A stretch of DNA of 32,000 nt from Candidatus Lokiarchaeum ossiferum (lineage in GTDB: Archaea > Asgardarchaeota > Lokiarchaeia > Sigyniarchaeales > Promethearchaeaceae): the NCBI GenBank assembly GCA_025839675.1, contig CP104013.1:1680001-1712000 (forward strand), given 5' to 3'. The notes below the pieces were generated by a model, which worked only from the letters and a program-made list of their open reading frames with translations, was not told where the DNA came from and searched no databases. Both the position numbers and the translations under genes were made by a program. Of this stretch, positions 24,140 to 32,000 are shown piece by piece; position 1 is the stretch's first letter; every line of letters starts with the position of its first letter.

Positions 24140-24271
24140 TTTTCCTTTTTCGTTTTTTCTATCTTTATTTCTCTTTTTCCTTTTACTCATTAATTTTTGA
24201 GCAAGAATAAATTTTTTAGGATGATTTAACACTAATTAGATTAGGAAGGAAAAAAGGAAAATATTTTGAAA

Positions 24272-24985
24272 ATGGAAATCTCAATTTCATGTCCCTATTG
24301 TGGTAAACAAATGCAAATAAGTTTGTCCAGAACCAAAGCAAAAGATGTTATTTGTGAACTCTGTGGAAGTCCTCTGAGTGAAGAAGCATTTAAAGCGATC
24401 AAAGATTATAAACCCCCAAGCCGAACAGGCACAAAATCATCAAATTCTGAACATGTAACTCAATCTACGACATTTCCATCAAGTAATGAAACTCCCGCTT
24501 TTCCTTCTCCGACACACACACCGGAACCTGCAAAAATTCAACCAGTTAGAAATTTCCCCTTTCAAGTTGGAGAAGCGCGATCTCCCATTTCTGCTCCGTC
24601 CATCTCCAATGAAGCATTTCTTATATTCCCTCAAATAAATCAAAAAATTAAAATCCCAACAACCAGTTCCTATTTCCATTTTGGGAGAAATGTAATTTTA
24701 CCGTTGGTTTCACCTTCTCAATTTGATGTTGAATGGCTGAATTCCATATCCAGAGTTCAAAAACAACACGCACGAGTAATTAAGGAACATTTTAAGATTA
24801 GACGAGATTCAGCAGGCAAATTTTATCTGGAAGATAACCAAAGTCGATGGGGAACATGGATTAATCGTCAACAAATCAAGAACAAAGGGGAAATTCCTCT
24901 TATGAATGGCGATAAAATTGAATTAATGCTTTCCAAACCGAATACAAAAAAAGTATTTCCTTTTGAGATCATTTTTCAGTGTTAG
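24272..24985 (+). CDS. Zinc-ribbon + FHA-domain protein (ArnA-like architecture)
   Basis: The N-terminal CPYCGK...(15 aa)...CELCGS is a zinc ribbon. A Pro/Ser/Thr-rich linker follows (TTFPSSNETPAFPSPTHTPEP). The C-terminal FHA signature reads FHFGRN....ISRVQKQHARV....FYLEDNQSRWGTWINRQQI....LMNGDKIEL (G-R ... S-x-x-H ... N-G-T-like ... GD). I prefer the ATG at 24272 to the TTG at 24266. Confidence 0.75.
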   Translation: MEISISCPYCGKQMQISLSRTKAKDVICELCGSPLSEEAFKAIKDYKPPSRTGTKSSNSEHVTQSTTFPSSNETPAFPSPTHTPEPAKIQPVRNFPFQVGEARSPISAPSISNEAFLIFPQINQKIKIPTTSSYFHFGRNVILPLVSPSQFDVEWLNSISRVQKQHARVIKEHFKIRRDSAGKFYLEDNQSRWGTWINRQQIKNKGEIPLMNGDKIELMLSKPNTKKVFPFEIIFQC

Positions 24986-25053
24986 AGTTTTTATTTGAGT
25001 TTTTTACACCCTTATCAAAATGCCTTTATGCTGAAAAATCCAAAATATAGTCA

Positions 25054-25845
25054 ATGGTAAAATATTTTTTAGATGGATTTGAAACCATAGGTCATATTTA
25101 TGCCAAAATTTTGAAGGATCAATTAAATATAACAACTATTGATGAACTCACGGCCATCCCACTAGAATATATTGTAGATAAAACAAATATTGAAGAAGAA
25201 AGAATAGAACAATGGTTAGAAATCGCAGATTTATTGAGAATTCCAACAATGTCCATAAAAAATGCTGAACTTTTACTTTTTGCAAAGATTAATTCAGTTA
25301 CAGAGCTTTCTCACCGACAATCAATTCGTATTCTTTACAAATTTCAAAACCTCGATAAAAACACTTATCACATAATAATAAAACAGCCATCGTTACATCA
25401 AATTGAATCGTGGATAAACTACGCAAAAATGATGACCCAGAGGATAAAAAGTGGTGATAACATTCCATTAGTTTGCTTCCCCATGATTACCTTAGATCAC
25501 TCTTCGAATTTTCAAAAGCATCAAATTGTTACATTGCGTGATTTAAAAGAATTTCCCCACTTAGATTTACAAAAAAATATTGGACTTTCAGAAAACAAGC
25601 TAAAAGAATTTATTCAATTGCGAAAGCTCTTGGATATCGATGGAATTGATATATACATTGGCAATCTCTTACTTCAAGCAAACATCACATCTACCAAACA
25701 AATAATTGAAATGAACGAAAATGATTTACTAATTCGAGTTCAATCCATTCAAGTGAATGAGATGAATCCCTTAGAAATACTATCTATGGAAAAAATCAAA
25801 GAGATAAAAGCCCAAACCGTGATTCAAAAAGGAGGAACGAACTAA
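25054..25845 (+). CDS. Protein with repeated DUF4332-like helix-hairpin-helix modules
   Basis: Repeated segments of the form L-x-I-x-G-I-x3-x-x-L-L-x-A-x-I-x-S/T-x3-L occur. Examples are LLRIPTMSIKNAELLLFAKINSVTELSHR, LLDIDGIDIYIGNLLLQANITSTKQIIEMNENDL and the N-terminal LDGFETIGHIYAKILKDQLNITTIDELTAI. Confidence 0.45.
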   Translation: MVKYFLDGFETIGHIYAKILKDQLNITTIDELTAIPLEYIVDKTNIEEERIEQWLEIADLLRIPTMSIKNAELLLFAKINSVTELSHRQSIRILYKFQNLDKNTYHIIIKQPSLHQIESWINYAKMMTQRIKSGDNIPLVCFPMITLDHSSNFQKHQIVTLRDLKEFPHLDLQKNIGLSENKLKEFIQLRKLLDIDGIDIYIGNLLLQANITSTKQIIEMNENDLLIRVQSIQVNEMNPLEILSMEKIKEIKAQTVIQKGGTN

Positions 25846-28800
25846 GTGACCTGGCTCACTATTTTAATCAATATCCTATATTTAATTTTGGGAGGTCTAA
25901 TCTTATATTTTGCATCTGCATATGCTCATAATAATTTGGTACAAGTTAATCGCATTAGAGGTAGTACCTTTAATATTAAAAATTGGAGTGTCTGTTTATT
26001 CTTCGGCATAATGGTAAGTATGTCTTCGATTTTTGGATTGAATTTACTTGTTAATTTTTTTAGTCCCACTCCTATCTATTCAATTGCGAGTTATTTATTA
26101 ATTTTAGAACTTTTAATTCTGATCATTTATCCTATTTGGGAGATCTTTTTCTTAGGACGACCAACATCTGACGCTATCACCGACTATCATAAATTTTTAG
26201 AACGGAAATTTATTGACAAAGCTCAAGGGAAGAAAGCATATTTTGTATCGTTTTTAATTTTTGTTTTGACCTATATTACCCCAATTGTATTAATAACTCT
26301 CATTTTCCAACTTGAAATTTTGCCTGTGGCATTTTTATGGAGTTTATCCTTCCCCTTGTTTTTTATAGCATATTATGCCGCTTCAGGTTTGATGGTAAAT
26401 GTCCTTGGAAATGCATACAAAGATGTTTCAGAGTTTGATATGTCGAGCAATTCTCTCATCCAACCTAAAAAATCAACCAAAATGTCTAAAACTATGAATA
26501 AAATCCAACCTATTCTTGCGTGGTTTCCGTTCTTACTCGAGATTTGGAATATTATCTTACCAATGATGCTTTTAATCAGATCGGGTCAAATTCAACGCAA
26601 TGGAGTAATTTATATTGGAACTATTCCTATTGACATCGGACTTGTCTCATTAATTGCAGTTATATTTGTAATTCGTGGATTTGTGACCCGATTTTGGGTA
26701 AAGAAAAGCAAAACTAAAGCTCTTGATTTTGTTTTTACGGGATATATTGTAATCGCCATTAGCTTGAATATTATGATTCATTTCATCACGCTAAATCCAA
26801 CTATTATTGAAAGGATTTTTATTGTAGATATAGGGGGAACTCATCCACTTCAAAGCTTACAAACGCTTCTTGAAAAGACATATATTATGCTACCGATACT
26901 CATAATACAACATACAGTCACTCTAATATATGCAATTAAGAATGTTGTCAAGAAAAACGCACAATACCAAGCAGATATTCGATTAACCGCCGTGCATAAC
27001 GCAGCAGGAGATTTACCAAATTTAATTTTTGGATTAGAAACTATCTCGAATAATAACCAAGATAAATCAAAAAATATGAAGAAAAAGATCAATTTTCCCA
27101 TACTGATCAAATCCATCATGCTGGAACCGGAATATAGTCATATAGATATTGACATTAATGAACAAATTCGAGAAAAAGCCAGTCAATATGTGATCCTAGC
27201 ATGTAAGAAGAAGAATCAAGCCATAGAATTAGTTACCTTTTTCATTAGCCAAATCAAAATCAGTGTAGCCAAACACCGAGATATGACCATCAATCGCCAT
27301 TCAATTGATATATTGGGGCGAATTGGTCAATTATATCCAAAAGAAGTAATAATTCCTCTTTTCAAGATACTAATAGAAGCACCATTAAATATTAAGCGAG
27401 AAATCTTGAAAGCTATTGCCCACATTGGGAAATTTAAAGCGAATACAAAAAAAGTTTTAGATATGCTCCTCCCATTTTTGAATAGTCCTGATCATGAAAT
27501 AAAAACGATTTCTATTCAAGCAATTTCAGAATTATACTTTGGTTTTGAAGATTCTCTCTCGGTATTAGACTATTTCTATCAAATTTTAGAAAATGATAGA
27601 GAAGATCCATATCTTATTGAAAAAGTTTTGACTGCTATGATAAAATTGTGCTGCAGGCATGCTGATAAAATTGAAGTCAATAGGATCCTTCCTTTTCTAA
27701 ATTATCAGAAAGAAGGAACAGACACACAGATCTTAAATTATGTTTTACAAAATTCAATTGTTATTTTAGGACATATTGCCCATATCGCTCCAGAAAAAAT
27801 CCCAAAAAAAGCAATAGAACCATTCCTTGAAGATTCAAGAAATTTCATTCGGTATGTGACGACTGATACAATGGGTAATTATATGCTAGCAACCAAAGAT
27901 CTTGAAATTTTACAAAACTTGTTTGTTATATCAATCCAAGACCCAGATGAAGATGTCCGAGATATGGCAATTGAATCAATACAAGAATTTTTGATGATAG
28001 AACCTGCCAGTGAAATAATATATAAGAAACCAGAAAAAAAACCCTTGTTTGATCTTTACTTGGAGGTGCTGCTATCTTCGAATAGAAAAAAAGCAGAAAA
28101 TGCAAGTGAAGCTCTAAAATCAATCGCCCCATTGTATAAAAGAGATATTTTTGCAGAGATTGAGCCGTTATTACACGGAAAAAACGATGAAATTATTAGA
28201 GATTGCTTGAATATTATACCTTACATCCCATATCAAGAATCAATCAATTTGGAAACGATTTATTCTTTAATGAAGCACCATCTTTCATCAATACGAGAAG
28301 AAGCAATTAATGCGTTAGGTTTGCTCGCAGAAAAAGGATATGATATTGATGAATTTCGAGTTATCTGGATGCTAGAAGATGATGACCCTCAATGCCGATT
28401 TCGAGCAATTTTTGCTTTAGGAAAAATTGGAATCCAAAATCCACGCGATGTAGTTACCCATTTAATACGTCACTTTTACCGGATTGATCACATCTCCCAA
28501 ACTCAAGAATTAATGCTTATTTTTGAATCTCTTGGCTTAATTGGAATTGAACACCCTTCACGTATCGCGATTGCTTTACTTCAACAAGCATTAATGGGAG
28601 ATACTAATCCTCTATGTAAAGATGTGGCAGCACGAGCATTATTTGAAATTGGAAGGTCAATGATTCAGAAAGGAAAAGCAATTCAGTTACTCCAACACCA
28701 TCACTTAGATCCTAAAGATTTCTCAAAATTACTTGATTTCTTTAAAATTGCCGAGCGCCAAGAATATGATTTGGGTGATGTTATTATGATCTTAATTGAA

Positions 28801-29364
28801 GCATTGCAATTAAAGGGAATCCCGGATCAAGCCATGTTCATTATAGGTGATTCATTGCAAGATTTATTGCCAGCATTTCTGTTTTATGAGAAATCATCTG
28901 AGTCCGAAACCTATCTAGAAACCCTAAAAGAGTTAATAAAACAAATTTATCACGCAAATTACTCCAAAGACATCTTAATTCTTGTTGATAGGATCACATC
29001 TTTGCAATTTTTCAAGAAGTATGTTGAAGAAAAAGATAAAGATATTCAAAAAGAATATTTATTTTACACAAAAAATTATACTCCAGACGCCGAACAATTT
29101 TTTGGACAAGGAGAATTGTTCATGGGCATGCATATTCCAAATTATCAAAAATATGCTGAAAAATCCTTTGAAATAGCTATTGAACTTGGACCAAATGAGA
29201 TTTTCATGCCTTTGTGTTATTTATATTTGGGAACTATCGCTATCAATTCAGGTGATAAAATAAAGGCAAAAAATCTATTAGAACAAGCCATTTTTGGATT
29301 TGCAGCCTTTGATGATGTTAAAAACATGAAACGAGCGAAATTAAAATTGAGGGAAATAGCATAA
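25846..29364 (+). CDS. Giant fusion protein with an N-terminal polytopic membrane domain, HEAT/ARM-like repeats and a terminal TPR-like hairpin
   Basis: The GTG start directly abuts the upstream TAA. The first 370 aa or so hold about 10 hydrophobic helices. The rest has many HEAT (PBS-lyase type) repeats: SPDHEIKTISIQAISEL, DPDEDVRDMAIESIQEF, SSIREEAINALGLLAEKG, DDDPQCRFRAIFALGKIG and NPLCKDVAARALFEIG. The C-terminal AEKSFEIAIELGPNE...YLYLGTIAINSGDKIKAKNLLEQAI is TPR-like. Confidence 0.7.
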   Translation: MTWLTILINILYLILGGLILYFASAYAHNNLVQVNRIRGSTFNIKNWSVCLFFGIMVSMSSIFGLNLLVNFFSPTPIYSIASYLLILELLILIIYPIWEIFFLGRPTSDAITDYHKFLERKFIDKAQGKKAYFVSFLIFVLTYITPIVLITLIFQLEILPVAFLWSLSFPLFFIAYYAASGLMVNVLGNAYKDVSEFDMSSNSLIQPKKSTKMSKTMNKIQPILAWFPFLLEIWNIILPMMLLIRSGQIQRNGVIYIGTIPIDIGLVSLIAVIFVIRGFVTRFWVKKSKTKALDFVFTGYIVIAISLNIMIHFITLNPTIIERIFIVDIGGTHPLQSLQTLLEKTYIMLPILIIQHTVTLIYAIKNVVKKNAQYQADIRLTAVHNAAGDLPNLIFGLETISNNNQDKSKNMKKKINFPILIKSIMLEPEYSHIDIDINEQIREKASQYVILACKKKNQAIELVTFFISQIKISVAKHRDMTINRHSIDILGRIGQLYPKEVIIPLFKILIEAPLNIKREILKAIAHIGKFKANTKKVLDMLLPFLNSPDHEIKTISIQAISELYFGFEDSLSVLDYFYQILENDREDPYLIEKVLTAMIKLCCRHADKIEVNRILPFLNYQKEGTDTQILNYVLQNSIVILGHIAHIAPEKIPKKAIEPFLEDSRNFIRYVTTDTMGNYMLATKDLEILQNLFVISIQDPDEDVRDMAIESIQEFLMIEPASEIIYKKPEKKPLFDLYLEVLLSSNRKKAENASEALKSIAPLYKRDIFAEIEPLLHGKNDEIIRDCLNIIPYIPYQESINLETIYSLMKHHLSSIREEAINALGLLAEKGYDIDEFRVIWMLEDDDPQCRFRAIFALGKIGIQNPRDVVTHLIRHFYRIDHISQTQELMLIFESLGLIGIEHPSRIAIALLQQALMGDTNPLCKDVAARALFEIGRSMIQKGKAIQLLQHHHLDPKDFSKLLDFFKIAERQEYDLGDVIMILIEALQLKGIPDQAMFIIGDSLQDLLPAFLFYEKSSESETYLETLKELIKQIYHANYSKDILILVDRITSLQFFKKYVEEKDKDIQKEYLFYTKNYTPDAEQFFGQGELFMGMHIPNYQKYAEKSFEIAIELGPNEIFMPLCYLYLGTIAINSGDKIKAKNLLEQAIFGFAAFDDVKNMKRAKLKLREIA

Positions 29365-29376
29365 TAAATTTAAAAT

Positions 29377-30393
29377 TTAAAAAATTTTTGTAATTTCATC
29401 TTGGGTAGAAAAACATAATGGGAAAGGTTCATCTTCCCCTTTTTTTACTAAATATTCTCCTTTATTTTTAGTAACTACACCTATAGAAGTTGTTTGAATA
29501 TGATTTTTGGCCATAAATGCAATAACTTCAGATTGATATTTTGGATCAATTGTAAACAGTAAAGCACCCGAAGCAATCGTGCGTAACGGATCCAAATCAA
29601 AAGCATTGCACAAAATTTGAGTGCAAGGTAGAATAGGTAATTGCTCAAATTCAATAGTTACCCCACATTGTGAATTTCCAATCATTTCGGCAACACCCAT
29701 GGCAAACCCTCCTTCAGTTGGTCCATGCATAGCCGTAATTGGAAATTTTTTGTGGAGGAGGCGTGCATCTTGCACAATGGAAATTCCAGGATTATGTAAA
29801 AATGTTTTCCCTTCATCTATTATGCGTTGCTGAATTCCTTTTTGCTGAAGTGCCATTTCTTTTTCTCTTGCAATAATAGCCGTACCTTCAATAGCGATTC
29901 CTTTTGTAATCATAAGAACATCTCCAGGTTGGGCACCCTTTGTTGTTACTAAGGAAGATTTATTTACCATTCCAAGCATATTTCCAGCAATAATTGGTCG
30001 ATCCAAACCAAAAGTCACTTCCGTATGTCCACCAATTATGGATATTCCCCATTTTTGACATTCATGTGCTATATCTTGGAAAATTTGCAGACAAAAGGCC
30101 TCATCTGTCGTCTTTTCCGGCAGAAAAATTGTTGAACTAAACCATTTGGGTATTGCTCCAGAAGTTGCCACATCGTTTGCGTTCAAGGTTACTGCATAGT
30201 AACCGATTTCATCAGATGCAAAAGTCACCGGATTTGTCTTCGAAATCAAATAACTATCCCCCATATCGATGGCAGCAAAATCTTGCCCCAATTGAGGCCC
30301 TACCACCACTCCATTCATAGAGACGGAAGAATTGCATATTTTCAATAATTTTTTCATAAATTCCGTAGGTAATTTCCCGGGTGAAAATGGCAT
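29377..30393 (-). CDS. AIR-synthase-related (PurM/HypE/ThiL-superfamily) ATP-binding protein, specific function unknown
   Basis: GQDFAAIDMGDSYLISKTNPVTF...AVTLNANDVATSGAIPKWF is the PurM-like N-domain with its DxxxxD/ND metal motif. IIGGHTE and GALLFTI are typical of the superfamily. There is no C-terminal Cys motif of HypE. Confidence 0.75.
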   Translation of the reverse strand: MPFSPGKLPTEFMKKLLKICNSSVSMNGVVVGPQLGQDFAAIDMGDSYLISKTNPVTFASDEIGYYAVTLNANDVATSGAIPKWFSSTIFLPEKTTDEAFCLQIFQDIAHECQKWGISIIGGHTEVTFGLDRPIIAGNMLGMVNKSSLVTTKGAQPGDVLMITKGIAIEGTAIIAREKEMALQQKGIQQRIIDEGKTFLHNPGISIVQDARLLHKKFPITAMHGPTEGGFAMGVAEMIGNSQCGVTIEFEQLPILPCTQILCNAFDLDPLRTIASGALLFTIDPKYQSEVIAFMAKNHIQTTSIGVVTKNKGEYLVKKGEDEPFPLCFSTQDEITKIF

Positions 30394-30451
30394 ATTTAAC
30401 TATAGAAGGTTGACAAAAAAAAACATTACAGATTGGATTGAAGAGGAATTA

Positions 30452-31003
30452 TTACCTATCATATAAACTATTTTCATTTGAATCTATGGTTACAACTAAT
30501 GGTCCAAATTTTGATACTTCTAAAAACCAAGCCGCTTCAGGTGATCCTAAATCGAGCCATTCAACAGATTTTACCTTAGTGATAAATTTAGAGACAAGCG
30601 CTCCAGCTCCACCAGGATATTGCAAATAAATCGCAGGTATTTTGGACCATTCCACATCTGTCATTCCTCCTTTACCTATTACAATATTACACGAAAGAAG
30701 TCGACAAACATCTGTTTGAAAAGGATTCATGCGAGCACTAGTTGTGGGTCCACCCGAGATGATAGAATAGCCACCATTTTCATTTTCTTTAACAATCGGC
30801 CCCATATGATAGATTGCTCCCCCTTTAAGATCAGAAAAGGAAGCGGGAAAATCCTTCCCATGTTTATGATATTCTAAAAGTCTTTTATGAAAATGATCCC
30901 TTCCAGTACAAATTATCCCCGAGATGTAAACTAAGTCCCCTGTTTTAACCTCCTTGATTTGTTGAGGAGAGACTGGCAAATTGAGGTTGTGAATTTGAGT
31001 CAT
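30452..31003 (-). CDS. fumB: Class I (Fe-S) fumarate hydratase / tartrate dehydratase family, beta subunit
   Basis: GDLVYISGIICTGRDHFHKRL, GGAIYHMGPIV, GGPTTSARMNPF and IGKGGM are typical of the C-terminal/beta domain. The ATG directly follows the upstream TAA and is preceded by ggagga. Confidence 0.88.
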   Translation of the reverse strand: MTQIHNLNLPVSPQQIKEVKTGDLVYISGIICTGRDHFHKRLLEYHKHGKDFPASFSDLKGGAIYHMGPIVKENENGGYSIISGGPTTSARMNPFQTDVCRLLSCNIVIGKGGMTDVEWSKIPAIYLQYPGGAGALVSKFITKVKSVEWLDLGSPEAAWFLEVSKFGPLVVTIDSNENSLYDR

Positions 31004-31921
31004 TTATTGATCCTCCTCAAATTTAAATTGAGAATTCAACTTTCCAAATGTAATTTTACCCAAAGAAGTAATTCGGCAAGATTCGGTTCGATGACAATAG
31101 CATTCAACAATCAATCCAACAGGAAAAGTCGCTGGATGACGCATACCTATTTCAATTCGCACATCTAAGCAATTTGAATGCCCACCTAAGCCCATTATGC
31201 CTATATCGAGGTCGTTGATTTGTTGTAATAAACTTAATTCCAATGCTGCCACATCTTTACGGATATGATGAACACCAAGGGGGCGTAACAATGCTTTTTT
31301 CGCCAAGGACATGCATTTTGAGGCATCACCACCTAATCCGATACCCAGTATTGTTGGTGGACACGGTTTTCCCCCTGCAAATTTCATTTGCTCAACTATC
31401 TTAGGAATAAAATCATGAATACCTGTAGCAGCAGGAAGCATAAACAATTTAGACATGTTTTCGGACCCTCCCCCTTTATTCATTGCAGTAATCACAAGAT
31501 CAGACGATTTAGGAATGATATCGAGATAAATAGGAGGCATATTTTCACCCCCATTAAACCCTTCATTAATTTGAGTAATAGGATCAACACTATTGGGGCG
31601 AATCAAAGATTCTGCAGTTAATTTTTTTAAAACTCGTAAAGAAATCTCTTTAAAATTAGAGACCAGAGGAAAATTCGAACCAATTTGAAAAAAGAGATTA
31701 ATGTGACCGGTATCTTGACATAGGGGGATCTGATTAGAATGCCCATATTCAATATTATCCAACATTAAATCAATTTGTGATAATTGAATGGGGTTTTCTT
31801 TTTCAATTTCTCGAATTTCCTTCAGTTTCTGGATAGTATCTTCACAAACACTAGTTGAAGACTTAAGAATCAAATCATAAATTGCGAGTTCTACGGATGC
31901 TAAAAGCGCGGAAGTGTGCAC
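31004..31921 (-). CDS. fumA: Class I (Fe-S) fumarate hydratase / tartrate dehydratase family, alpha subunit
   Basis: LCQDTG, KPCPPTILGIGLGG and VECYCHR carry the three cluster-ligand Cys contexts of the alpha/N-terminal domain. The start at 31921 is a GTG. The true start is uncertain. Confidence 0.88.
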   Translation of the reverse strand: MHTSALLASVELAIYDLILKSSTSVCEDTIQKLKEIREIEKENPIQLSQIDLMLDNIEYGHSNQIPLCQDTGHINLFFQIGSNFPLVSNFKEISLRVLKKLTAESLIRPNSVDPITQINEGFNGGENMPPIYLDIIPKSSDLVITAMNKGGGSENMSKLFMLPAATGIHDFIPKIVEQMKFAGGKPCPPTILGIGLGGDASKCMSLAKKALLRPLGVHHIRKDVAALELSLLQQINDLDIGIMGLGGHSNCLDVRIEIGMRHPATFPVGLIVECYCHRTESCRITSLGKITFGKLNSQFKFEEDQ

Positions 31922-32000
31922 AAAAGATACAATGCATTCATTTATTATTAATCATATTAATTAGATTTTTATCCAAGACCGAATTAAAAAAATAACATAT

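Noticed and set aside
26850-29176. Short ORFs inside the HEAT-protein gene (26850-27119 minus, 27926-28132 minus, 28982-29176 plus), and similar ORFs inside the methyltransferase, RtcB-like, fumarase and surface-protein genes.
   Set aside because: They are nested within long ORFs that have coherent repeat or motif structure, so they are considered frame noise.
29377-30393. Calling the PurM-superfamily protein HypE (hydrogenase maturation).
   Set aside because: It lacks the C-terminal Cys-containing motif of HypE as I recall it, and the protein ends DEITKIF. No hyp or hydrogenase genes are adjacent, so I left it as AIR-synthase-related.
1-32000. CRISPR arrays, IS elements, long inverted or direct repeats, and rRNA genes.
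   Set aside because: I saw no regularly spaced repeats or terminal inverted repeats while reading. The only non-coding GC-rich island is the tRNA. A computational self-dot-plot would be needed to exclude short dispersed repeats.

Overview
This is an AT-rich, gene-dense chromosomal segment that reads as archaeal. The evidence is a TATA-binding protein gene, a tRNA-Gly(GCC) with an A73 discriminator, BRE/TATA-like boxes and oligo-T tracts after genes. It also carries bacterial-type modules: dnaK-dnaJ and a CspA-like cold-shock protein. I support about 29 protein-coding genes and 1 tRNA. I saw no rRNA, CRISPR array, integrase, transposase or long repeat. Confident calls are DnaK, DnaJ, TBP, a cold-shock protein, an Eco57I-family N6-adenine methyltransferase (possibly a single-chain type IIG R-M enzyme), a GNAT acetyltransferase, a short-type phosphatidyl/archaetidylserine decarboxylase, two YkgJ-type CxxCxxCC proteins, an AIR-synthase-related protein and a two-subunit class I fumarate hydratase. 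About half of the genes are orphans or membrane proteins. The most interesting items are: (1) a divergent, shortened RtcB-superfamily protein at 13290-14507; (2) a co-directional cluster at 24272-29364 encoding a zinc-ribbon+FHA protein, a DUF4332-like protein and a 1172-aa polytopic-membrane HEAT/TPR protein; (3) a 177-aa protein whose N-terminus resembles a folliculin/DENN-type longin module; (4) a B-box-like zinc-finger membrane protein; (5) a YkgJ-winged-helix fusion heading an Hsp70 locus that has no grpE. All homology calls are by-eye motif recognition from memory. No searches were run, so orphan annotations are hypotheses. The lineage guess of an Asgard-like or other uncultured AT-rich archaeon is inference only.
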